Positions 8,669 to 18,233 of a DNA stretch of 32,000 nt are shown here, piece by piece. The number at the start of each line of letters is the position of its first letter. Positions within the stretch are counted from its first letter, which is position 1. The notes under the pieces were generated by a model. The model worked only from the letters and a program-made list of their open reading frames with translations. It had not been told where the DNA came from and made no database searches. Origin of the DNA: Escherichia coli O127:H6 (GTDB lineage Bacteria > Pseudomonadota > Gammaproteobacteria > Enterobacterales > Enterobacteriaceae); assembly GCF_900149915.1 (NCBI RefSeq), contig NZ_LT827011.1; one strand, 5' to 3'. Position numbers and translations under genes: made by a program.

Positions 8669-9811
8669 TTAAACTCGACCGCTGACAATACGGATATTCA
8701 CTCGCGCAGAATCAGACATCAGCTGAGAAGCACTCTGTATATAATTCGCCTGGTTTTGCAGCTCGAGAGTAGCTTTTTCCAGCTCTGCCTTCGCACTCTG
8801 ACTTAAGTACTCACTTTGTCGAGTTAAATTTTCCACAGCAAAAGCAGAAACCTGTGATAACACATTATAATACGCTGCGTCATTATTCAGCACAGTTGTA
8901 CCAATAGAGCGCGAAGAAGTAGTTAAACCATTTGCCACTGCCGAAATTTTCGATGCAACATTATCAACAAAAGTGTCGGCCAGCGTAGTGACTACTTTTA
9001 CGATGTTTGAACCAACTTTGTTAGCGACATCGCCAACTTTAGATATAAGTGAAGACACCCCGCCAATGCCGGCTGTCAGAATACCTGCGGCAAGAGATAG
9101 ACCGCCAAAAGCTTGCGCTGCTGTTTTTAACGCCTGTGGAGCATCATCGCCCATAACATCAACTGCAGTTTGCAGTGCCATTGCTGTTGCACTAATAGCA
9201 ACAACAGCCCAGAGTGCCGGGTTAAAAATAGCTGCAATAGCAGTTGCTGCAACCCCTAACCAACCAAAGACCTGACCAACAATTTTACTTTTTTGTGCTT
9301 TCTCTTCGGCTTTTTGTTGTTCTTCGAGCTGCTTTTTAAACTCCAGCGTTTTATTATCCAGCGCTTTATTTTGTCCATCCGCGTAGATCTCGTTGGAGTT
9401 TTTCATACTCGCAACTCTCTGCGCTGAGGCATCCAGGGATAACAGAGTGGCCATCATCATCATGGCCTGAGGGTCAACGTTATTCACCTGAGAAAGATAA
9501 GGATAGCCAGAGCTTGCATTCTGAGTGCTGCGCTGTGGTTCTGTTCCCTCTGTTCGACTCGTAACTTCACCACTAATACCACCAAACAGCTTACTCAGGA
9601 CATCCTCAGCAGCAGAGGGCGTCACTAATGAGTGACCTGCCGGTGGCGTTGGTAAAGCGGTACTTTCTGTCCAACTTGCTGATGGGGCCGTGGATTTAAC
9701 CAGTTGTAAATCCAGCGCGGAAGTCACTTCAGACTGATTAATACCTGAAGTAGCCGTAGCAGCACTGGCTCCAGACCTCACAGACTGGATATCGTTATTT
9801 ACATTAAGCAT
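8669..9811 (-). CDS. espD: T3SS translocon pore protein EspD
   Basis: 380-aa ORF MLNVNNDIQSVRSG... with two hydrophobic segments (IVGQVFGWLGVAATAIAAIF..WAVVAISATAMAL; GGLSLAAGILTAGIGGV) and a C-terminal coiled coil, as in the YopB/IpaB/SipB class. Confidence 0.96.
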   Translation of the reverse strand: MLNVNNDIQSVRSGASAATATSGINQSEVTSALDLQLVKSTAPSASWTESTALPTPPAGHSLVTPSAAEDVLSKLFGGISGEVTSRTEGTEPQRSTQNASSGYPYLSQVNNVDPQAMMMMATLLSLDASAQRVASMKNSNEIYADGQNKALDNKTLEFKKQLEEQQKAEEKAQKSKIVGQVFGWLGVAATAIAAIFNPALWAVVAISATAMALQTAVDVMGDDAPQALKTAAQAFGGLSLAAGILTAGIGGVSSLISKVGDVANKVGSNIVKVVTTLADTFVDNVASKISAVANGLTTSSRSIGTTVLNNDAAYYNVLSQVSAFAVENLTRQSEYLSQSAKAELEKATLELQNQANYIQSASQLMSDSARVNIRIVSGRV

Positions 9812-9823
9812 AGTTATCTCCGG

Positions 9824-10402
9824 TTATTTACCAAGGGATATTCCTGAAATAGTTCTATATTGCAGTGACTGCATATCAGAACGTGCACTCGTTAATAGGT
9901 TTAACGTATTTGACATTTGCTGTATTTCAAGCTGGCTATTATTGACCGTCGTTGTCAAATTATTCGCTTTAGCTGAAATAGCTGCTTTCACCGTTTGCAA
10001 ATCACCAGCGCCTAATTGAGCATTTATATTGTCAATACCACTTATTGTAATGTCATTGCGAGGATCATTTATATATGAAATCACTTCATCAGGAAGTTGA
10101 GCTTTCGCATTCTTGTCAGAGCTACTCTGAACGTCAGCAATTTTAGCATCTACAAGATTAGCCATTTTTTGGGCAGTGGTTGACTCCTTAGATGCCTCAT
10201 TCATATCAGCAAACTTTGCAATCGACAGATCGCTTTGTGCCTGATACATATAGGCAAACATGAGAATTGCAGCCTGAAAAACACCGAGTTTATTAAATAG
10301 ATCAATAACGTCATCTTTCGACATGCTCCCTAAATCATAGGCCATTGATGTCGAAGTACTCGCATTCGCACTAGCAACTGATGCTGTAGTTGATGTATCC
10401 AT
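9824..10402 (-). CDS. espA: T3SS filament protein EspA
   Basis: 192-aa ORF MDTSTTASVASANASTSTSMAYDLGSMSKDDVIDLFNKLGVFQAAILMFAYMYQAQ..., recognised as EspA. Confidence 0.96.
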   Translation of the reverse strand: MDTSTTASVASANASTSTSMAYDLGSMSKDDVIDLFNKLGVFQAAILMFAYMYQAQSDLSIAKFADMNEASKESTTAQKMANLVDAKIADVQSSSDKNAKAQLPDEVISYINDPRNDITISGIDNINAQLGAGDLQTVKAAISAKANNLTTTVNNSQLEIQQMSNTLNLLTSARSDMQSLQYRTISGISLGK

Positions 10403-10458
10403 GTATATACCTCTTCATAATCTTTCTTAGCATGACAAAAACTATAAAAAAAACAATA

Positions 10459-11514
10459 TCACATAACATCCTCCTTATAATCTATCACTTTACCAATCAT
10501 TAATAATGTATTACTCCTCTGCTCGTTATCAATAAAACAAGCATCAGGTAATGATGCAAAAAATTCTTTCAATAAATGGAAATAATAAACATGTTTATCT
10601 TCGACAATCGATACCCGAGAAGGGCTCTCCAGTAGCCAGTCTTCTGTTAACCATACATGTTCAATAATAGATAGCATTTCATTTAAAATGACATCTTTAT
10701 CTTTCTTAATGGAGATTGCAATAATATCCGTATAGTTATTAAGTGATAAAAAAATGATTATCCGACATAAATCACTAATAATTGAAGATGTTCTTACCTT
10801 GTCTTCAAAAGAAGACATATAAGACAGATCGAACGATAGCGCCCTAATAATAACCTTTAAGTGCTTTTCACGCTCAGGAAGATCCTTAATCTCCATAAAC
10901 CAGTCAAGTAAAGAGGCGCCATTTTCAGAATCCTCATCCTTAGCCTTTTCATAAAGCTTCTTGATCTTCTGGATACCTTCCTGGTTTAACTCACCCACCC
11001 CTAACCAGGAAAGCAGAGCCAGCTCCCAATCGTCTTCGCCTAATAAATCCAATAATAATTTGGCGTATTTCTTTTTTAATTCAATCTTAACGAATTTAGA
11101 TTGTAATAAAGAAGATATTAGCGCAACAATTTCCCCCTTTGGCATGTTGCCAAACATCGCCAAAGTAGGATCGTGTTGTTCCAGCAACCCGCTGTTTTTT
11201 AATGATAGTTCTTTTATTTTATCACTATCGGTAAGAGTAAGCAGCTCTTGCATTTCATTGAGCAGCTTCTCGATTGTCGTGCCTTCCTCTTCTTTCCTTG
11301 CGCTACCTTTGCGATATCCCAGGCTTAGCCCTTCAATCGTTTCAGAAAGCGATGAGCTAGTAATCATTGCTAATTCATTTTGCAAATTTATTAATGGCGA
11401 AGAAGTATTAGAAGAATTTTTTTGCGTTAATTGCTGAGATTCTAATTCAAAATCTAATGAATTAGAATTAAAAACAGATGCGGGGTTTTGATTAAATTCA
11501 ATACCATTAGCCAT
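10459..11514 (-). CDS. sepL: T3SS gatekeeper SepL (YopN-TyeA/MxiC/InvE family)
   Basis: 351-aa ORF MANGIEFNQNPASVFNSNSLDFELESQQL... It is the first gene of LEE4 and divergent from escD. Confidence 0.95.
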   Translation of the reverse strand: MANGIEFNQNPASVFNSNSLDFELESQQLTQKNSSNTSSPLINLQNELAMITSSSLSETIEGLSLGYRKGSARKEEEGTTIEKLLNEMQELLTLTDSDKIKELSLKNSGLLEQHDPTLAMFGNMPKGEIVALISSLLQSKFVKIELKKKYAKLLLDLLGEDDWELALLSWLGVGELNQEGIQKIKKLYEKAKDEDSENGASLLDWFMEIKDLPEREKHLKVIIRALSFDLSYMSSFEDKVRTSSIISDLCRIIIFLSLNNYTDIIAISIKKDKDVILNEMLSIIEHVWLTEDWLLESPSRVSIVEDKHVYYFHLLKEFFASLPDACFIDNEQRSNTLLMIGKVIDYKEDVM

Positions 11515-11656
11515 TGGAAACTCACGTAATCATTAATTATGAATATTCCATTAAATAGTACTGTACAACAGCTTCCTTTCTACTCTATTCTTAGACGATG
11601 TAAGTTCACCATATTTTTTCTCATTGTTCAACCACCAGGATGAATAAAATTTAAAA
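11515..11656. promoter_or_regulatory. sepL-escD divergent intergenic region (LEE4 promoter and escD promoter region)
   Basis: 142-bp AT-rich gap between the divergent start codons of sepL (11514, minus) and escD (11657, plus). A Ler-dependent LEE4 promoter upstream of sepL is established knowledge. I did not confidently identify -10/-35 boxes by eye. Confidence 0.5.
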
Positions 11657-12877
11657 ATGTTATCCTCATATAAAATAAAACTTCTCAATGGTGCGATGCG
11701 TAATCGGGAATTACAACTTCCGATGGGAAACCTAACGCTAGGTACGGAAGATAACGATATTGTTTACTTTCCTCTTGAACAAGGCCTCAATCAGTTTTTA
11801 CTTGATATACGTGAGGAAGGTGTTTTCCTTTTATCTCCGGTTGAATTTTGGATTGATGGGCAACCCACGCCCTATGAAGCAGATAAACCATTACCTGTCG
11901 GAAAGATTATTGATATAGCGGGATGTTGCTTCATCATTGGTGATATTGACCATTCCTTGCCATTGTCTGATGTGCCAGAAAGGTTTTCTGCCAAAAATCA
12001 ACGCAAAAAACGCCTTATCCTGGCGAGCGTGATTGGTGCTACTTTTGCGTTGTCTGGTGCCATCGGCAGTTACGTTTTGCTTTCCCCAAAAGCTGAACCC
12101 CCAACGTTTACCAGAGCTGATGTATATCAGCAGCTAAAAGAAAACAAACTTCATGCAATCACTCTGGTATGGCATGGAAAAAATATCGCGCTTTATGGGC
12201 GTTGCGAATCAACCACGGATTTAACTCCATTTTTTAATTACCTGAAAGAAAAAAATATTTTTTATTACAATAAAATCATTTGCAATAACCAAATCATATC
12301 CGCAATTAATGATGTCTTAACGGAATACGGTTACAAAGATATCATTATTACAAAAGGTAATAAGCCTGGGTTCTTTCTGTTATCGGGATACATTCCCCCT
12401 TCACCCAAATGGAGCGAGGTTGAAAATCTGTTACTGAATACGCCAGGGGTTGCAGGATGGGAAATACACAACAACAGTAACAATAAAATCAATGAACTGG
12501 CATCAGAGTTTAAAAAGAATAAACTAATAAACTATGTCAATATTTTCAAAAAGAATGATGTCATCATTGTCGCGGGGGAAGTTTCTCAACAGAACGAGAG
12601 TAAGATCCTTGCCATTATAAATGCAATGAACAAAAATAGTAACGTCAAGATACTCTTTCAGAACATTCAGCCGTACATTTCAGCAGATATTTTTCCCGGA
12701 AAAATACTCAGAATCAGCGGTACGATGAAGAATCCTACAATTGCTCTTGATAATGGTACCAGCCTCGGGATTGGTAGCATTCTGAAAGGAGGCTATGTCA
12801 TCGACGCAATTGATCCTAAAGATGGTATCAACATCTCCCGCCCAGACGAATATATACATATTCCACTGTCGTATTAA
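11657..12877 (+). CDS. escD: T3SS inner-membrane ring protein EscD (YscD/PrgH family)
   Basis: 406-aa ORF MLSSYKIKLLNGAMRNRELQLPMGNLTLGTEDNDIVY (FHA-like N-terminus). It has a single TM segment (LILASVIGATFALSGAIGSYVLL) and a periplasmic C-terminal domain. Confidence 0.95.
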   Translation: MLSSYKIKLLNGAMRNRELQLPMGNLTLGTEDNDIVYFPLEQGLNQFLLDIREEGVFLLSPVEFWIDGQPTPYEADKPLPVGKIIDIAGCCFIIGDIDHSLPLSDVPERFSAKNQRKKRLILASVIGATFALSGAIGSYVLLSPKAEPPTFTRADVYQQLKENKLHAITLVWHGKNIALYGRCESTTDLTPFFNYLKEKNIFYYNKIICNNQIISAINDVLTEYGYKDIIITKGNKPGFFLLSGYIPPSPKWSEVENLLLNTPGVAGWEIHNNSNNKINELASEFKKNKLINYVNIFKKNDVIIVAGEVSQQNESKILAIINAMNKNSNVKILFQNIQPYISADIFPGKILRISGTMKNPTIALDNGTSLGIGSILKGGYVIDAIDPKDGINISRPDEYIHIPLSY

Positions 12878-12891
12878 TTTCTTATCCTCTT

Positions 12892-12916
12892 CCCCCTCTT
12901 CGGAGGGTTTTTTATT
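12892..12916 (+). terminator. Rho-independent terminator of escD
   Basis: A GC stem ccctc (12894-12898) / gaggg (12903-12907) closes a ttcg tetraloop and is followed directly by ttttttatt (12908-12916). It begins 15 nt after the escD stop. Confidence 0.65.
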
Positions 12917-13033
12917 GTGTGGATGTTATAGATATAGTCTTCATGATGTCAAATTATTGGGTGGAGAGAAAAGCTAGCTAGAGACTTGATTACCAGGATA
13001 CAACTCGAAAGGTGCTAATATAGAATATATCGC

Positions 13034-13072
13034 ATAAAAATGTCCGACTAAAAGATACATTTTAGCCGGACA
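13034..13072 (-). terminator. Rho-independent terminator of eae (end of LEE5)
   Basis: 13-bp stem with one mismatch, tgtccgactaaaa (13041-13053) / ttttagccggaca (13060-13072), and a 6-nt loop. On the minus strand it is followed by TTTTTAT (complement of 13034-13040). It begins 21 nt after the eae stop. Confidence 0.7.
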
Positions 13073-13093
13073 ATGATTAGATATTTATTAAAT

Positions 13094-15913
13094 TTATTTT
13101 ACACAAGTGGCATAAGCATTAGATTCACTAGCCTTAATATTATTCAGAGGGTTTTGTTTAACTAAATCGTATGTACTTGCAACACCACTCTTCGCATCTT
13201 GAGCTGTTTGTTGTACCCATGAAATTATAGTCTGACTAGACTTATAATATTCATATTTATTTGCAGCCCCCCATGCTTTAAAGACATTTTCCAGTTCATT
13301 CTGAGAAGACGGCAACTTTCCTCCAAAATTCTTACATGTATTCACAGCATCATTATAGGTCACACGCTTGCTCATATTAGGAACAATCAGACTATTAGGT
13401 GTTGCAATAGTATAAGTTGCAGTTTGATTATCACTTGAGATAACGGAAATAGTTGTAGTTCCCTTCTCTTTTAAGGTGACCTGACCAGAAGAAGCATCCA
13501 CCGAAGCAATTGCTGGATTTGCTGAGCGCCATGTATATTTTCCGTTACCTCCGCTGGCTTTCAGATTAACTTGACCATATTGCAACCATACAGTGGGTAA
13601 CTTCCCTTTAACTCCGGTTCCAACAATTTCAATATTACCGTCATCAATTGTAAGCGTTGTAAAAAATTCAACTTCAGGTGCTTTGACATCAACGGCGACA
13701 TCGCTAACACGGGCACTAACGAGTGATTTTCCTGGAGTTGTCGATGTTAATGTTACTTTGGCATAGCCATTCGTATCCGTTTTTTCAGTGGAATTACTTA
13801 ACTTACCTAAGGTCGTCGTAAAGGTCACTTCCTGATTAGATACAGGCTTATCCCCCTTCATCACTTTAACAGTGTATGTAATAGCATCCTGACCATTTGC
13901 TACTGCCGTTGTTTTATCAGCCTTAATCTCAGTAATGCTGGCCTTGGTTTGATCAACAAATATAACTGCATTGGCATTAAGCGCTGAAGTCATCTCTGCT
14001 GTTTTAGCAGACACGACGACCTGGCCTGGTTTATCCGATTTCAGGGTTACAGTCGCCTTACCGCTACCATTGGTATTGGCACTATTGGCACTTAAAACTG
14101 CAGTTCCTGAAACAATATTAAATGAAACAGGGACATTAGCCTGAGCTACCCCATTCTTTTTCACCGTCGCAGTATAAGTAATTGCTTCGGTGCCATCCGC
14201 TTTAGCCGAAGTCTTATCAGCCGTAAAGTCCGTTACCCCAACCTGGTCGACCACCTGACCATTCGACAGAACGGTAATAGTAAGCAGTACATTGTTAGAG
14301 CTATTGCCATTACGGTCATAGGCGCGAGCCGTCACTTTATAAACATTGCTACCACCTTGCACATAAGCAGGCAAAATAGCCTGGTAATCTTGTGCGCTTT
14401 GGCTTCCGCTATGCTGAATCTGGCCGCCCTGGCTACGTAATGCACTATCATCCCAGACGATACGATCCAGACCGTATTTGCTCTTAACGATCAATTGAAT
14501 CTTCTGCGTACTGCGTTCAGTACCATTAATATCATGCGGAATATTCAGAGAAAGAATATCCTGCTTTTTGTACTCCAGAATAATATTGTTATTACGCTGA
14601 ACCAGATCGTAACGGCTGCCTGATAATGTTCTTAACTCGTTAACATATTGTGGCTCAATTTGCTGAGACCACGGTTTATCAAACTGATAACGGAACTGCA
14701 TTGAGTAAAGGAGATCATTTTCATTACCCGTACCATGACGGTAATCGATCCCCATCGTCACCAGAGGAATCGGAGTATAGTTTACACCAACGGTCGCCGC
14801 ACCAGGATTCGACTGCAGCTTATCAGAATTAAACAAAGCAACATTATCACCATAATACTGCTCATACATCAGCTTGGCACCTAATGCCGGGTATGATGGC
14901 AGATAGCCATTAAAACGGATATCGAAGCCATTTGCTGGGCGCTCATCATAGTCTTTCTTATTGTATGACTCATGCCAGCCGCTCATGCGGAAATAGCCGT
15001 TAACACTACTTTTGAAATAGTCTCGCCAGTATTCGCCACCAATACCTAAACGGGTATTATCACCAGAAAAATCCTGATCAATGAAGACGTTATAGCCCAA
15101 CATATTTTCAGGAAGGAAAAAACGCTGACCCGCACCTAAATTTGCCGTAAAGCGGGAGTCAATGTAACGCGCTCCGACCTGACCAAATGCCAGCATTTTT
15201 TCGGAATCATAGAACGGTAATAAGAAGTCCAGTGAACTACCGTCAAAGTTATTACCACTCTGCAGATTAACCTCTGCCGTTCCATAATGTTGTAACCAGG
15301 CCTGCAACTGTGACGAAGCCTGGTTACCAGCGATACCAAGAGCGGTATCTTTCGCGTAATCGCCGTTCAGAGATCGCGACTGAAGCTGGCTACCGAGACT
15401 CGCCGCCTGTTGTGCCGCATAATTTAATGCCTTGTCATCGGTCATGTTGCTTTTGGTCACGTCCGGGGACATTTTAGTCAGTTTATTTGTATGACCAGCG
15501 ACACCACCTGCAGCAACAAGAGGTGCCGAACCTAAAAGTGGTAAGGCACTGTATTCAAAGGGAAGTTTTTTGAGTGGCAAAATGATCTGCTGACCAGGCG
15601 CGGCCTTCATCATTTCGCTTTCAGAACTGTATAAATGCTTATTCAACGACCAAATCGTCGATAAATTAATATCTTGCGATTTAGAAAGATCGGCAACAGT
15701 TTCACCTGTTTTCAACGTATAAAAAAGGCGATTCTGATAGCTATTATGAGTTAACAGTTTTGAATCCGAACCCAATTTAAAATAATTTTCACCATTTGCA
15801 AATGAATTCTGATTAACATAAAAAAACAATCCTAAACCAGCACTAAGCATAATAAATGTTTTTTTTAGCTTATGCTTGTGCCGGGTCCGGGCATAAAAAC
15901 CATGAGTAATCAT
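13094..15913 (-). CDS. eae: Intimin (outer-membrane adhesin; LysM, beta-barrel, Big domains, C-type lectin-like tip)
   Basis: The ORF track gives 945 aa from 15931. The ATG at 15913 (MITHGFYARTRHKHKLKKTFIMLSAGLGLFF...) gives 939 aa and has GGAG 9 nt upstream. A LysM motif (YTLKTGETVADLSKSQDINLSTIWSLNK), tandem Ig-like repeats (KADGTEAITYTATV / VANGQDAITYTVKV) and a C-terminal Cys pair (NTCKNFGG...ATCVK) are present. Confidence 0.96.
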   Translation of the reverse strand: MITHGFYARTRHKHKLKKTFIMLSAGLGLFFYVNQNSFANGENYFKLGSDSKLLTHNSYQNRLFYTLKTGETVADLSKSQDINLSTIWSLNKHLYSSESEMMKAAPGQQIILPLKKLPFEYSALPLLGSAPLVAAGGVAGHTNKLTKMSPDVTKSNMTDDKALNYAAQQAASLGSQLQSRSLNGDYAKDTALGIAGNQASSQLQAWLQHYGTAEVNLQSGNNFDGSSLDFLLPFYDSEKMLAFGQVGARYIDSRFTANLGAGQRFFLPENMLGYNVFIDQDFSGDNTRLGIGGEYWRDYFKSSVNGYFRMSGWHESYNKKDYDERPANGFDIRFNGYLPSYPALGAKLMYEQYYGDNVALFNSDKLQSNPGAATVGVNYTPIPLVTMGIDYRHGTGNENDLLYSMQFRYQFDKPWSQQIEPQYVNELRTLSGSRYDLVQRNNNIILEYKKQDILSLNIPHDINGTERSTQKIQLIVKSKYGLDRIVWDDSALRSQGGQIQHSGSQSAQDYQAILPAYVQGGSNVYKVTARAYDRNGNSSNNVLLTITVLSNGQVVDQVGVTDFTADKTSAKADGTEAITYTATVKKNGVAQANVPVSFNIVSGTAVLSANSANTNGSGKATVTLKSDKPGQVVVSAKTAEMTSALNANAVIFVDQTKASITEIKADKTTAVANGQDAITYTVKVMKGDKPVSNQEVTFTTTLGKLSNSTEKTDTNGYAKVTLTSTTPGKSLVSARVSDVAVDVKAPEVEFFTTLTIDDGNIEIVGTGVKGKLPTVWLQYGQVNLKASGGNGKYTWRSANPAIASVDASSGQVTLKEKGTTTISVISSDNQTATYTIATPNSLIVPNMSKRVTYNDAVNTCKNFGGKLPSSQNELENVFKAWGAANKYEYYKSSQTIISWVQQTAQDAKSGVASTYDLVKQNPLNNIKASESNAYATCVK

Positions 15914-15972
15914 GTTTGGGCTCCACCACAATGAGTTAGAATGAGTAGTAAATTAATACTAATAAATAAGTT

Positions 15973-16443
15973 TTATCTTCCGGCGTAATAATGTTTATTA
16001 TCGCTTGAGCTAATTTCCTCTATTTTCATATGTTCGTTTTCTAATGTTATTCCCTGATTATGTAATACCAAATACAGATTTTCCATCGACTTAACGACGA
16101 CTTCTATTTCATTCTCAAGTTTTTCAGGGGTAGCATCATCGAGCGGGAAACGTAACGCTAACAACAGCGATTGTGCTCCTGACTCATAACACAGGTATGG
16201 CCCACCATTCTCTGCAAACCATAAGTTTGCATTCAAAATCTCAAGAGCGAAGTTAGGGTTATCTGTCGGGAATTTTCCACAGACGCCATAAATCATCATA
16301 TATTCGTCATTGGCATCAGATAACGAAATATAATAAATTTCATCAATAGCAAAAGAACACAATCTATTTTCATTAAAGGAAATAGATCCAACACCAATTT
16401 TTTCCGCAAACCTATCTAATAAAAGTTCAGATCTTGATGACAT
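15973..16443 (-). CDS. cesT: CesT, class I chaperone for Tir and other effectors
   Basis: 156-aa [48 protein letters not shown]... located between tir and eae. Confidence 0.96.
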
Positions 16444-16580
16444 TATAATTTCTCTTAATTGATTTATAATAACAGAAGTTCAAGAGTTACCCATGCTGCA
16501 ACGTTGTTCTCTGAAACATTAACGCTAGTAAAACGCCCCCCCACCCCACCCCAACCTCAACTAAATACTCACAGATATAT

Positions 16581-18233
16581 TTAAACGAAACGTACTGGTC
16601 CCGGCGTTGGTGCGGCATTTACAGAACTTACTGCGCTCTCGCCACCACTCGTTAATCCTCCCATACCTAAACGCAATCCGCCGCTGTTTGCCAGAAGCGC
16701 ATAAGTACTTTGGATACCTTGCCCTGGAGTTCCTATTAACCTTCCGGTAACTGGGCCGCTCCCTGAAAAATTCTGAATAACGCTATAACCAGGATCTGCA
16801 GCGACCTCATCATAAATATGCTCTTCTGGCTGATGAGCCGATAGACTATTCCGAGCCCCCCCAACTTCAGCATATGGATTAACCACTTCGCTAGAGGAAT
16901 CTGACCAGTGTGTCGATGCAACACTCCCCTGCGAATCACGTCTATTCAGAGAAGCGTCTTCTGCTCTTGTGGCATCAGTGCCACCTTGTGCTGGGGTATT
17001 CCCTCCGGTCTGTTGCTGCACTACCGTATGTGTTGTTGTAGTAGTTGTCTGTTCTGCCGGCTGATTTCGTCTATGGAGCGCAGTCGTTACACCAGCACCA
17101 ATTCCCCCAGCAACAATCAATGCACTGCTGAGGCCGTAACCAATACCCGATGAAAGCTGTAATTCCTCCTGACGTCTGGCATGCTGATCCTCATATCGCT
17201 GCTGCGCCTGTGCATTGCTTTCAACAGCCTGCTGTCTGGCCACCTCACCAGCCTCTTTAGCTTGTTGTGCTATTTGCTCAACAATATCATCTTTTAATTC
17301 CCCAGACGGAATAGCATTTCCGTTCGCATCGATGTTAACTTTCTGGTTCTCAGGGTTCTTGAATGCTTCTTGCGTTAACTGATCTTTTGTTGCACTTTCT
17401 GCAGCATTTGCGGCCTGATCAGGATCGGTGGTTGTAGGATCATCCGGTTCCGGTGTCAAAGCCAACGCCTGTGCAATACCAGTTGCCGCCAGTCCCGCTA
17501 AACCAGCAGCAATTGCGCCGACAGAAACCCAGAATTTAGGATCTGAGCGAACGCTGGAATTTGTTGTTGAAGTATGGGTTTCGCTAACAACGCCATCATC
17601 TATTCCCGAAGCGCTGCCAACACCAACAGAACGCGTATCAACGTCCTTGGGTTGACGTCCTCCATGATTGTCTGGGTCTAATTTGGCCAGTATTTTCGTA
17701 CGAGCTTCCGCGATATCTGATGCGACAGTGACCATCGGATGCCCACTACCGCCACGTCCCCCGGTAAAAACAAATCTGTTTTTACCCTCAGTATCAATAG
17801 ATTGCAAGCTGCTCCATTCTTGAGGACTTAATGTAACGCTAACCTCCAAACCATTTTTTTCTCCAATAGCGGCATGAGTACCATCTGCCTGCACTTCAAC
17901 ACGAAATGCAGAGGGTCCAATTTGCGTATTGAGAATATCAAGTGGCCCCTTATCATGGAGAACTTCAAATCCTCCAAGCAAGCATGTCTCAGATGTAGCT
18001 GCAGCAAGCCTCGATGGGTTTGTAGGAAGTCCTGGAATATCTCTGGAATCGACAGAATCAGCCATAGAATTTCTCAGGGGAGAAAACAATGAACGAGATC
18101 CTAATGCTCCTGTAGAGCTAATTAGATGACCAGTTCCTCCCCGTGCCGCGCCGTCTGTTTGTGAAGGTAGTGGCGGCGCAGGGGGAATTAAATGATTGCC
18201 ATTTACATTATTACCAAGGTTACCAATAGGCAT
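16581..18233 (-). CDS. tir: Translocated intimin receptor Tir (EPEC type, Tyr474 present)
   Basis: 550-aa ORF MPIGNLGNNVNGNHLIPPAPPLPSQTDGA... Two TM segments (FWVSVGAIAAGLAGLAATGIAQALAL and GIGYGLSSALIVAGGIGAGVTTAL) flank the intimin-binding domain. C-terminal motifs are VVNPYAEV (Y454) and EEHIYDEV (Y474). Confidence 0.97.
   Translation of the reverse strand: MPIGNLGNNVNGNHLIPPAPPLPSQTDGAARGGTGHLISSTGALGSRSLFSPLRNSMADSVDSRDIPGLPTNPSRLAAATSETCLLGGFEVLHDKGPLDILNTQIGPSAFRVEVQADGTHAAIGEKNGLEVSVTLSPQEWSSLQSIDTEGKNRFVFTGGRGGSGHPMVTVASDIAEARTKILAKLDPDNHGGRQPKDVDTRSVGVGSASGIDDGVVSETHTSTTNSSVRSDPKFWVSVGAIAAGLAGLAATGIAQALALTPEPDDPTTTDPDQAANAAESATKDQLTQEAFKNPENQKVNIDANGNAIPSGELKDDIVEQIAQQAKEAGEVARQQAVESNAQAQQRYEDQHARRQEELQLSSGIGYGLSSALIVAGGIGAGVTTALHRRNQPAEQTTTTTTHTVVQQQTGGNTPAQGGTDATRAEDASLNRRDSQGSVASTHWSDSSSEVVNPYAEVGGARNSLSAHQPEEHIYDEVAADPGYSVIQNFSGSGPVTGRLIGTPGQGIQSTYALLANSGGLRLGMGGLTSGGESAVSSVNAAPTPGPVRFV

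Noticed and set aside
8019-9275. Nested ORFs in espB and espD (8019-8207(+), 8045-8302(-), 8345-8527(-), 8973-9275(+))
   Set aside because: They overlap the recognised translocator genes in other frames, and nothing independent supports them.
10961-11437. 158-aa plus-strand ORF (Ser-rich, low complexity) inside sepL
   Set aside because: It is fully antisense to the well-supported sepL CDS. Its low-complexity composition is typical of the reverse frame of an AT-rich gene, and it has no RBS.
12795-12977. 60-aa plus-strand ORF overlapping the escD 3' end and running past it
   Set aside because: It reads through the escD intrinsic terminator hairpin and T-tract, is out of frame with escD, and has no RBS.
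13094-15931. 945-aa intimin ORF starting MWWSPNMITHG
   Set aside because: The upstream ATG has no RBS. The ATG at 15913 has GGAG 9 nt upstream and gives the 939-aa intimin that begins MITHGFYARTRH.
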